Assembly (NCBI GenBank): GCA_004556455.1
Contig: SFGY01000007.1
Coordinates: 132,925 to 196,924, forward strand
Length of the DNA: 64,000 bases
From: Clostridiales bacterium
GTDB lineage: Bacteria; Bacillota; Clostridia; Saccharofermentanales; DTU023
Direction of reading: 5' to 3'
The notes under the pieces are model-generated. The model was not told where the DNA came from. It did not search any database and was given only the letters and a program-made list of their open reading frames with translations. Made by a program: the position numbers and the translations under genes. Below are positions 55,657-63,869 of this stretch, one piece after another; position 1 is the stretch's first letter; every line of letters begins with the position of its first letter.

Positions 55657-57066
55657 TTATTTCTTGAGGATCTCCATGTAGGAAGCCGCGTTATCGGTCT
55701 TCACCATGTTGATGGCGAAAGCGTCATACTGGCTGGGGTTGCCCAGGCGGTTGGTGATGTTGGACTCGGTCTGACCGTCGCCGCCGATGTATTCGACTTT
55801 GAGGTTCAGAAGTTTGTCATAGTTCTGGAGCAGAGGCTGATAGGTTGAGCCGAGGAAGTTATCCGCGGAGTTGTAGATATTCAGCCAGACGTTCTTCATC
55901 GGATGCGCCTTCTCATCGAGCTGGTTGGCAACCGGCTTGTAAGGAACGGTGGAATCCAGGAAGTCTTTGTAGTTCTCAGAAGTGACCGCGAGGTTGAGGG
56001 CGTAGTAGGAACGCTCGGCTTCGACATATTTGTAGTCTGTGTCGGTCAGGACGTTGCCCGCATCATCCTTGATGCTGATGCCGGTGTTGACATCGACGTT
56101 ATCGAGCAGGTTGCGCAGAACACGGAGCGTCAGGTAAGCCTGAACGTCAGCATGCTGGCTGATCGTGCCGCCGAAACCGTCAGCAATGGCCGCAACAGCG
56201 TCGCTGTTGGCGTCGTAACCGAAGGTCGGGACTTTGTTCTCTTTGGACCAGCCGTTGAACATGGCCATGCCCATGCCGTCGTTGTTGGAGACGACGATAT
56301 CAATCTGATCACCAAAGGTGGAAGCCCAGGTGCTGATGGCGTTGCCGGCCGTAGCCGCATCCCAGGTGGCGCCTGCGGCGTTCTTCATTTCCTGAGAAGC
56401 CAGTTCGCGAACCACAAAGGTCTTGTCGCCGGCTTTGATTTCGCCGTCTTTGACGACCGTAGCTTTGCCGTCAACGTTGGTGCCGGCGGGGGTGGAGTCG
56501 ATCGCGCCGTCTTTTTCAACTCCCGTGCCGAGAGCTTTACGGGCGCCACGCGTACGGGCGATGGAGTCGTTGTGGCCGATATCGCCGATAGCGAGAACGT
56601 AGCCGATGGTGCCATCACCATTGCGGTCGATTTCATCGGCGTGTGCCATGATGTAATCCACGACCATCTGGCCCTGGAGTTCTGCACCCTGGTTAGCATC
56701 AAAGCCAACATAGTAGGTCTTGTCGTTGAAGTTCAGAGCTTCCATGTCGAGCTCACCAGTGGAGCTGTTGGAGGGCTGACGGTTGTACCAGACCAGGGGC
56801 TTGTCCTTGTTGGCCACTTCGCCGCCGTCAGCTTTTTCTTCTGCCTTGGGCTCATCAGCCTTTTCTTCGGCTTTGCTTTCGTCAGCTTTTTCTTCTGCCT
56901 TCGTTTCCTCGGCCTTTTCGTCAGCCTTTTCCTCGGCCTTGGGGGCTTCGGTTTTTTCTTCAGCCTTGGGGGCCTCGGTCTTCTCAGGGGTATTCGCAGG
57001 GGCGCAGCCAACGATAAAGGCAGCCATCAATGCGATAACAACCAGAAGGCTCATTATTTTTTTCAT
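55657..57066 (-). CDS. mglB: Sugar-binding lipoprotein (MglB/Peripla_BP_1-like) with a repetitive KAEEKAD tether
   Basis: RBS AGGAGG. Lipobox AAFIVGCA. EKTEAPKAEEKTEAPKAEEKADEKAEETKAEEKADESKAEEKADEPKAEEKAD. Then the binding-protein core (PLVWYNRQPSN...VVSNNDGMGMAMFNGW). Confidence 0.8.
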   Translation of the reverse strand: MKKIMSLLVVIALMAAFIVGCAPANTPEKTEAPKAEEKTEAPKAEEKADEKAEETKAEEKADESKAEEKADEPKAEEKADGGEVANKDKPLVWYNRQPSNSSTGELDMEALNFNDKTYYVGFDANQGAELQGQMVVDYIMAHADEIDRNGDGTIGYVLAIGDIGHNDSIARTRGARKALGTGVEKDGAIDSTPAGTNVDGKATVVKDGEIKAGDKTFVVRELASQEMKNAAGATWDAATAGNAISTWASTFGDQIDIVVSNNDGMGMAMFNGWSKENKVPTFGYDANSDAVAAIADGFGGTISQHADVQAYLTLRVLRNLLDNVDVNTGISIKDDAGNVLTDTDYKYVEAERSYYALNLAVTSENYKDFLDSTVPYKPVANQLDEKAHPMKNVWLNIYNSADNFLGSTYQPLLQNYDKLLNLKVEYIGGDGQTESNITNRLGNPSQYDAFAINMVKTDNAASYMEILKK

Positions 57067-57097
57067 AAACTATCCTCCTAAAGATTTACGCAAACCT

Positions 57098-57131
57098 GTG
57101 CAAACTCTTGCACACGAGAACAACTCGTGTG
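57098..57131 (-). promoter_or_regulatory. Two overlapping palindromes in the mglB leader; the first resembles a LacI/GalR-family operator
   Basis: GTGCAAACTCTTGCAC (57098-57113) matches the GalR/GalS-type pattern GTGnAAnC..nTTnCAC. CACACGAG-aacaa-CTCGTGTG lies at 57111-57131, 32-65 nt upstream of the start codon. Confidence 0.4.
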
Positions 57132-57337
57132 GTTCGCTGAGCGCGAAAAGCCAGCACACGGGTGCGTGTTTACACCGAAATCATAGCAAAGATAGGTCCA
57201 ATAAACAAGCTGACAAAAAGTATCTCCCTCCCATCGTGGGCTTTATGCACTTTTTGAAAAAGCCTGAAAAACCGTCCTTTTTCGCCTGCATCCTGCCCTC
57301 ACGGCAGAGCTGCTGTTCCCTCTGTTAACTCTCACTC

Positions 57338-57370
57338 AAAAAAGGCCCTCGCTTTTAAAAAGCAGAGGGC
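57338..57370 (-). terminator. Terminator of the P-type ATPase operon
   Basis: Minus strand: GCCCTCTGCTTTTTAAAAGCGAGGGC followed by CTTTTTT. Confidence 0.6.
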
Positions 57371-57393
57371 AGAAGTTTGAGAAACTCAGGCGT

Positions 57394-59424
57394 TCACAGC
57401 CGCTTTACAAAGAGGGCGCGGATGGCATTCAGGACGGCCAGTACCATAACCCCGACATCGGCAAAAATGGCCGTCCACATATTGGCCAGACCCAGGGCGC
57501 CGAGCAGGAGACAGAGCAGCTTGACCCCCAGAGCAAAAACAATGTTCTCCCGAACAATGCGCAGACATTTGCGGGCGATGCGGATGGCTTTGGCCACATT
57601 TCGCGGGTTATCGTCCATCAGCACCACATCCGCCGCTTCTATCGCCGCGTCGCTGCCCAGGGCTCCCATGGCGATGCCCACATCAGCCAGGCGCAGCACC
57701 GGGGCATCATTGATCCCGTCGCCGACAAAGGCCAGTCCTGATTTTGCTGGGCGCACGGCAAGAAGCTCCTCGAGTTTAGCCACTTTATCACCCGGCAGCA
57801 GTTCGCTTTCCACCCGATCGATGCCCAGTTTCCGCCCCACTTCTCCAGCGACACGGGCGTCATCGCCGGTAAGCATGACGATCTCGTGAACGCCAGCCTG
57901 CCTGAGTTCCTGAACAGCCGCGGCAGACTCTTCCTTGATCACATCCGAGATAAGGATATGCCCCGCGTAAGCGCCATTGATGGCGATGTGTACGATGGTT
58001 CCTACATGGCCGCAGGGAATAAAGTCCAGCCCCAGACGCTGCATGAGTTTTTCGTTACCGGCAGCCACCTCTGTGTCGTCAACCACAGCGGTGACCCCTT
58101 CGCCGTGATATTCCTTAAAATCACGGACGCGGGAGCGCTCGGGCTCATGACCCCAGGCTTCCCTGAGGCTCCTGCTGATCGGGTGAGAGGAAGCGTATTC
58201 CGCGTGTGCCGCAAGTTCGAGAATTTTTTCCTGCGAATAGGAACTGTGGTGTAAGCCCTGAACCTCAAAACTACCACGGGTCAGCGTCCCTGTCTTATCG
58301 AAGACAACCGTTCCTGTTTTGGCAAGCGTTTCGAGGTAGTTCGCACCTTTGATCAGAATACCTTCCCGGCTCGCTCCACCCAGGCCAGCAAAAAAGCTCA
58401 GAGGGATGCTGGCGACCAGAGCGCAGGGACAGCTAATGACCAGAAAAATCAGCGCACGGTAAATCCAGTTGCCCCAAAGGGGGTCGAGGCCCATAAAAAT
58501 CCACCTGATGAGGGGCGGTAAAAAAGCAAGGGCCAGGGCCGAAAAGGTCACGACCGGCGTGTACACGCGGGCAAATTTACTGATAAATTCCTCGGATTTT
58601 GCTTTGCGCGAACTCGCATTTTCCACGAGCTCAAGAATTTTAGAAACGGTGGATTCGCCGAAGGGTTTTGTCGTTTTAATCCTCAGTACAGCGCTGAGGT
58701 TGATACAACCGCTGATAATCTCGTCCCCTGCACCGACTTCGCGGGGCAGGCTCTCACCCGTCAGGGCTGCTGTATTGAGAGTAGAACGACCTTCAATAAC
58801 TCTCCCGTCAATCGGCACTTTTTCGCCGGGCTGCACCACAATGGTGCTGCCCACAGGCACTTCGTCCGGATCGACCACGACCAGCTCTCCCTCACGCTCC
58901 AGCCGCGCCGTATCCGGCCTGATGTCCATGAGCTCCGCAATATTCTTCCGGCTGCGGCCGATTGCGACACTCTGGAAGAGCTCGCCCAGCTGATAGAAGA
59001 GCATGACCGCCACAGCTTCGTTGATATCGCCGCTGCGCTGATAAATGGCCAGGGCAATCGCTCCCAGCGTGGCCACGGCCATGAGAAAATTCTCATCAAA
59101 GAGGCGGCGGTTACAGAGGCCGCGCCAGGCTTTGCGCAGAATATCCCCACCCACAATGAGATAGGCCACAAAAAGTCCGATAAACTGAAGCAGTCTGGCC
59201 AGCCAGAGGTCCACGGCCGCACCTTCCGGCAGAGCAAAAAAAGCTGCCAGGCCTGCCATAAAAGGACTTTTCGCCTGAAATGCCGCGATATTCTCCCCGG
59301 GCACACGCAAGATCTTCCCCAGTAAAAAAGCTGCGCAGTTTTCCAGGGGCAAAAAATTAAAGAGAAGGAGCAGGGCCAGAGCCACTAGAATTCTCTTCAG
59401 GAGCTTCTTTTGTTTATTTGACAT
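57394..59424 (-). CDS. P1B-type heavy-metal ATPase, Zn/Cd/Pb-like (CPC; TM8 ADVG), lacking a fused N-terminal metal-binding domain
   Basis: ISCPCALVASIP, DKTGTLT, MLTGD, VGDGINDAP, and the C-terminal FADVGVMVLAVLNAIR (compare ZntA ADTGATVLVTANALR). ATG 59424 is preferred over TTG 59478. Confidence 0.85.
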   Translation of the reverse strand: MSNKQKKLLKRILVALALLLLFNFLPLENCAAFLLGKILRVPGENIAAFQAKSPFMAGLAAFFALPEGAAVDLWLARLLQFIGLFVAYLIVGGDILRKAWRGLCNRRLFDENFLMAVATLGAIALAIYQRSGDINEAVAVMLFYQLGELFQSVAIGRSRKNIAELMDIRPDTARLEREGELVVVDPDEVPVGSTIVVQPGEKVPIDGRVIEGRSTLNTAALTGESLPREVGAGDEIISGCINLSAVLRIKTTKPFGESTVSKILELVENASSRKAKSEEFISKFARVYTPVVTFSALALAFLPPLIRWIFMGLDPLWGNWIYRALIFLVISCPCALVASIPLSFFAGLGGASREGILIKGANYLETLAKTGTVVFDKTGTLTRGSFEVQGLHHSSYSQEKILELAAHAEYASSHPISRSLREAWGHEPERSRVRDFKEYHGEGVTAVVDDTEVAAGNEKLMQRLGLDFIPCGHVGTIVHIAINGAYAGHILISDVIKEESAAAVQELRQAGVHEIVMLTGDDARVAGEVGRKLGIDRVESELLPGDKVAKLEELLAVRPAKSGLAFVGDGINDAPVLRLADVGIAMGALGSDAAIEAADVVLMDDNPRNVAKAIRIARKCLRIVRENIVFALGVKLLCLLLGALGLANMWTAIFADVGVMVLAVLNAIRALFVKRL

Positions 59425-59531
59425 CTTAATGACCACTTTCCATAACTTGCCTTTATCTCGCTGAGCTCTGCAAGACAACTTTCCAGATCATGTTTCGTAT
59501 CAGCTTGCATTGCGAGACAGCCCATTCGACA

Positions 59532-59750
59532 TCAGAACTCAATGCAGCAATCCGGCTCAATCTTCTTGCACGCTTTGGCTACTTCCTGCATAACCTTCTG
59601 TGGGTCACTTCCTTCCGTGAAAACCACGCTCATTTTCTGCATCATAAAATTCACCGAAGCCTCCGCCACACCCGGAATATTACGGGCTGCACGCTCCATT
59701 TCGTTGGCACAGTTGGCGCAATCCACTTCGATCGCATAACTCTTTTTCAT
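59532..59750 (-). CDS. Stand-alone heavy-metal-associated (HMA) domain protein / metallochaperone
   Basis: MKKSYAIEVDCANCANEMERAARNIPGVAEASVNFMMQKMSVVF has a CxxC metal site of the CadA/ZntA MBD type. C-terminal DCC. GAGG lies 8 nt before ATG 59750. Confidence 0.8.
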   Translation of the reverse strand: MKKSYAIEVDCANCANEMERAARNIPGVAEASVNFMMQKMSVVFTEGSDPQKVMQEVAKACKKIEPDCCIEF

Positions 59751-59931
59751 TTTCACTGCCTCAGCTTTCTATATATTTTTATTTCCTAAAACTTTTTGCT
59801 CACAGGCATAGCAATCTTGTATTTTTTTACTCACAGGCACATCAAGCTTGAGCCGAACGTTCAGGCGCTTGTCGTCCTAAGCGTTTCAGCATGCTCGCAG
59901 ATCCTGCAAGCAAGAGCCAACGCTTTAAACA

Positions 59932-59991
59932 AACGATTAAACATTTGTTTAATCGTTAGCTTCATTATAGCTTGGTCCCAGAAAGTGTCAA
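59932..59991 (-). promoter_or_regulatory. Near-consensus promoter followed by a perfect 12-2-12 inverted-repeat operator (ArsR/SmtB-type architecture)
   Basis: Minus strand: TTGACA (59991-59986), N16, TATAAT (59969-59964), 6 nt, then AACGATTAAACA-AA-TGTTTAATCGTT (59957-59932). Confidence 0.6.
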
Positions 59992-60318
59992 GACAACTTT
60001 TAAAGAAAACGAAACTCATGCCTCACGACGGGTGATGCAGTCTATGAGTGCGGGTCTTTTCCTGTTGACTCAGTCGACGGACGTCTATAACAGAGATAAT
60101 TACGATGAGATCGATAGGATAAAGTCATTGTAAAGGTATCTTATGTGATTGAGCTGGTCTGGAAGTGGTCGTAAGATAAGTCTGGTCTTTAAAAAAGTCC
60201 CGCACACAGTTGAAGCTACTCTTTTCCAGACTCTGTAATGCGTGGTGTCGGGCTGAATTGCTGCGGCTATCTGCGGGCATTTGCAAATCTTTTGCAAATA
60301 TATAAGGAGGTTGTTGAT

Positions 60319-61683
60319 TTGGATCTGTTGTTAAGTCTTAACTGGATGGCCATCTTTGTCCTGTCCATCGCATTATTGTGCTTCAAAGGCCTCAACTGGC
60401 TCTCTGAGAAAATTAACTGGACTTTGGTGGTACTCCTGGCGATGGTACTGGGTGCGGCGATCGGTCTCGTTTTTTCGACTACTGACGGCAGTTATCTGAC
60501 CTGGGTCAGTCTGATCGGAGATATTTATATCCGTATTATTAAGGCCGTAGTGGTTCCTGTCGTCTTTATTTCCATCATCGCGGGGTTTATCAGCCTGAAC
60601 GATAAGGAAAAAATTCGCACCATCGGCCTCAAGTCTGTTTTCTGGCTGATGTTGTCGGCAGCTGCTGCGATTGTGCTCAGTATCCTTTTTGGCTCCGTTT
60701 TCCATCTGGGAAACGATGGCGCTATGATCTTTAAAGAGATTGACAGTGTGTCAGAGAGTACTCTCGCCGCCTATGAGGGCGTGCAGAAGAGCTTCGATCA
60801 GGTTCTCCTGAATCTCTTCCCAAGTAACGTGCTGGGTGACATGGTCAACAATAGTATTGTCCCGGTGATCTTTAGCGCCATTGCTCTCGCTCTGGGCTAT
60901 ATCGCGGTTGCGTCGGAACAGGGTGAAGCTAAAGTTTTGCCGTTCAAACACGTGGTAGAGGCCTGCAAAGAGATCATTTACCGCATTCTGGCCTTCATTA
61001 TTGACATGACCCCTTACGCTGTGCTCTGCCTGACAGCCACAGCCGCCGGCAAACTGTTTACTGACCGCTCGGCCCTCTTGCAGCTCCTGCTCCTTGTCGT
61101 GTTGATTTATGTTCTCTGCTTTCTGCATGCCTATGCCTTTAACGCCATTCTCATCCGCTTTGTGGCGAAACTCAGTCCCCTGCGCTTTTTCAGAAAAATT
61201 TTCCAGGCTCAGGCCACGGCTTTTACTACTCAGAGCAGCGTCGGCACTCTGCCCGTGACTATTGATTCCCTCGTGAAGCGCGTGGGCGTAGACGAAGAAG
61301 TGGCGAATTTTACCGCACCTCTGGGCACGACCATCGGCATGCCCGGCTGCACCTGTATCTGGCCCGTGCTGCTGGCCATTTTCTACAAAAATGCGGTCGG
61401 CCTCGCCTGGGGCGTTCAGGATTATCTCCTGCTCTTTGTTCTTACTCTGATCCTCGCTCTGGGCAGCGCAGGTATCCCCGGCATTGGCGTCGTCTCCGCA
61501 GTAGCTGTTTTCAGCGCGATGAATCTGCCGATTGCCGCCGTTGTTCTCATGATGCCGATTAACAGCATTTCGGACATGGCCAGAACCATGAACAATGTCA
61601 CCTGCTGCAATGTTTCGGCCACTCTTGTAGCCAGCCAGACCGGTTTGCTCAATCGGGGAATTTTTGAGGCGGACCACAAGTAA
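60319..61683 (+). CDS. Dicarboxylate/amino acid:cation symporter (DAACS/SLC1 family)
   Basis: TTG 60319 lies 8 nt after AAGGAGG (alternative ATG 60346). IRIIKAVVVPVVFISIIAG, AFTTQSSVGTLPVTIDSL, GTTIGMPGCT, MPINSISDMARTMNNV. Confidence 0.8.
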   Translation: MDLLLSLNWMAIFVLSIALLCFKGLNWLSEKINWTLVVLLAMVLGAAIGLVFSTTDGSYLTWVSLIGDIYIRIIKAVVVPVVFISIIAGFISLNDKEKIRTIGLKSVFWLMLSAAAAIVLSILFGSVFHLGNDGAMIFKEIDSVSESTLAAYEGVQKSFDQVLLNLFPSNVLGDMVNNSIVPVIFSAIALALGYIAVASEQGEAKVLPFKHVVEACKEIIYRILAFIIDMTPYAVLCLTATAAGKLFTDRSALLQLLLLVVLIYVLCFLHAYAFNAILIRFVAKLSPLRFFRKIFQAQATAFTTQSSVGTLPVTIDSLVKRVGVDEEVANFTAPLGTTIGMPGCTCIWPVLLAIFYKNAVGLAWGVQDYLLLFVLTLILALGSAGIPGIGVVSAVAVFSAMNLPIAAVVLMMPINSISDMARTMNNVTCCNVSATLVASQTGLLNRGIFEADHK

Positions 61684-61723
61684 ACCGATCAGGAGTGATG
61701 ATATACAAAGAAAGGAAGTTCCT

Positions 61724-62218
61724 ATGAAGAAGTCCAGCCTGTTTCTCATCCTTTTGCTTCTTGTCAGCGGCCTGATGACCTTCGTGAGCGCCAAACTCTC
61801 TGTAACCCGCTTTGATGCAGCGGTCCGTGAGCTGGGCGATATCCATTATGACGAGGCCAGCAAGGCAGGACTCGACAGAGCCGAAAAATACTGGCAGGCG
61901 CTCGATAAAAATCTCAAATGTGACGAGCGTGTCAGCGAAAAAGAAACATTTGTCGAAAAGAAAAAAGCTTATGCCAACCTGGCCATGAAAGCGGCGATCA
62001 TCAGCGACAAGCGCAAGATTGCCGATGAATTGAGCGATGAAGCAATCCTCGCGAAGATCACGGAAGCACGCGAAACTCTTGATGCCTATCTGAGCCCCGA
62101 AGAGCAGAGCAGCCTTGACAATTACAAGGAATTCACCAGTCTGGAAGCCGCTTTTGCAGCCAATGACGCTAATGGCGGTTCCGCACCGGCTGAAGAAGAG
62201 GCTCCGCCCATGTGTTAG
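61724..62218 (+). CDS. Small secreted or N-terminally anchored helical protein, function unknown
   Basis: MKKSSLFLILLLLVSGLMTFVSA signal/anchor. 164 aa, charged and helical, ending ...EEEAPPMC*. Confidence 0.6.
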   Translation: MKKSSLFLILLLLVSGLMTFVSAKLSVTRFDAAVRELGDIHYDEASKAGLDRAEKYWQALDKNLKCDERVSEKETFVEKKKAYANLAMKAAIISDKRKIADELSDEAILAKITEARETLDAYLSPEEQSSLDNYKEFTSLEAAFAANDANGGSAPAEEEAPPMC

Positions 62219-62433
62219 CCCCTGGCGCACGCAGCTTCAAATGACAGCCCCCAAACTTCTCAGGGTCCTGATCCATGTGTTAGCCCCTGAGTGCAGGCGG
62301 GAACAATCATGAAGCTGACAAGCTGACAGTGACTGCGGCAAGCGTTAATCCTTGCGTACAAGCTGGTCCAGCATGGATGTGAAACAAATTTGCCAAAAAC
62401 AAATTTGAATAAAGAAAAAGAAAGAAGACTCTT

Positions 62434-63783
62434 ATGAAAAAAACAATTTCTGTTTTGATCAGCCTCCTGCTCCTTGCAGGAATGTTCTTTACCGGCAATC
62501 TCAACGTGGCTGCAGAAGAAGTCAAAATGCCGAGTGATCCCGACTTCGATTTTGAGAACGAATACATGTATGGCGACTACAATGCCCATTCGCTGGCTGA
62601 TGAAGACCATCAGGGAAAAATCGAAACCTTCGAAGACAAGGAGATCGTTTACGAGATCATTAATTACGATCACCTGCTTGAAATCCTGAATTCTGAAGGT
62701 AATTATCTGATTCAATTCAGCGGCTCCTGGTGCCACAACACCCGTGCGCTCGCTCCCGCCGTTCAGAAGCTGGCCAAAAGCTATGGCATCAGGAAAATCT
62801 ACATGTACGATTTTCACTTTGACAACAAGGCCGATGGCAACACCTTCATCCGTATGACCAACGGCAAAGAGAATGTCGGCGTGAACTATAACTACATGTA
62901 TGGCGAAATCATCAGCCAATATCTGGATAATCTGGACGACTGGGTCGAGTATCCCTCAAGCACCGAAGCTGCCATCACCTATACCAACGCCGAAGGCAAA
63001 GAGACAACCGTAGCCAGATTACAGGAGCCTTTCCTCTTCCTCTACAATAAGGACAACAAAGAAAACAACTCTTCTGCCGATGTGAAACACGACAAGTATC
63101 CGATCGTCTATGCATTTGAAGAAATGGTCGACCGCGACGCCAACGGGGTCTACGTCAGCAAAAAAGATGCCAGCGGTGAAGTGATCAAAGACGCTGAAGG
63201 CAAACCCGAACGCGAATACATCACGGAAGACTTTGAAGGACGCCTGGAGAAACTCTTCCAATTCATCAAGGACAATAAGATTGAACTCGCCAGCTACGAC
63301 AAGGTGGCCGCTCTGAAGAGTAAATTTGCCTCTCTGACCGATGCTGACAAACTCGCTCTTTATCCGATTAACTATGCTCAGCTCGTCTGGCTACTGGACC
63401 AGCCCGGGAAGACCTATGTTCTCTTTGCCAATCCCTCCGATGACGCCATCAACAAGATGGTCGGCGAACTGAACCAGAAAGCCCTGGATGCAAACGTTAA
63501 GATCTACCTCGTGGATAACCGTACCGACGCTGGAATCGTCACAAAATGGAATTACAAAGACCGTGAAAGCACCGACTTCCTGGCGGATGACGGTATGCTC
63601 AAGTTCATGAAAGAAGATCTGATCGCCCGTTTCTTCACCAATCTTGAAGCGAAAGACCTCACCCCCGGAACGCTCGTCGCCTATCAAATCGATGCTGTCG
63701 ATACCGATGGCTTCCCGGCTCCGGTGGTTGATGTGACGAGCAATGCAGCCGATCTCGACCGTGTTCTTACTTCTCTGAAGTAA
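62434..63783 (+). CDS. Secreted protein with thioredoxin-fold-like region carrying WCHNT (CxxT) in place of WCxxC
   Basis: Signal peptide MKKTISVLISLLLLAGMFFTGNLNVAAEE. NYLIQFSGSWCHNTRALAPAVQKLAKSYGIRKIYMYDF resembles the thioredoxin active-site strand-helix. A second Cys-less segment (YVLFANPSDDAINKMVGELNQKALDANVKIYLVDN) looks similar. Confidence 0.6.
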   Translation: MKKTISVLISLLLLAGMFFTGNLNVAAEEVKMPSDPDFDFENEYMYGDYNAHSLADEDHQGKIETFEDKEIVYEIINYDHLLEILNSEGNYLIQFSGSWCHNTRALAPAVQKLAKSYGIRKIYMYDFHFDNKADGNTFIRMTNGKENVGVNYNYMYGEIISQYLDNLDDWVEYPSSTEAAITYTNAEGKETTVARLQEPFLFLYNKDNKENNSSADVKHDKYPIVYAFEEMVDRDANGVYVSKKDASGEVIKDAEGKPEREYITEDFEGRLEKLFQFIKDNKIELASYDKVAALKSKFASLTDADKLALYPINYAQLVWLLDQPGKTYVLFANPSDDAINKMVGELNQKALDANVKIYLVDNRTDAGIVTKWNYKDRESTDFLADDGMLKFMKEDLIARFFTNLEAKDLTPGTLVAYQIDAVDTDGFPAPVVDVTSNAADLDRVLTSLK

Positions 63784-63829
63784 GCTTATCGTTGGCCAGT
63801 GGCCCGCGCTGCGGGATTGAAAATTATAC

Positions 63830-63864
63830 AAAGAAGGCGGCAGAACTGCCGCCTTCTTTATTTT
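63830..63864. terminator. Bidirectional terminator between convergent genes
   Basis: AAAGAAGGCGGCAG-aa-CTGCCGCCTTCTTT, a 14-bp perfect stem followed by ATTTT. Confidence 0.75.
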
Positions 63865-63869
63865 CGTAA

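Noticed and set aside
57098-57113. TGCAAACTCTTGCA read as a CcpA catabolite-responsive element (cre).
   Set aside because: It has three mismatches to TGWAANCGNTNWCA, including the central CG. The GalR/LacI-type operator pattern fits better, so it is reported as such with modest confidence.
59425-59478. Longer N-terminus for the P-type ATPase (track start at 59478).
   Set aside because: That start is a TTG without an RBS and would add a non-hydrophobic 18-aa extension. ATG 59424 (MSNKQKKLLKRILVALALLLLF) gives a typical basic N-terminus followed by a TM helix.
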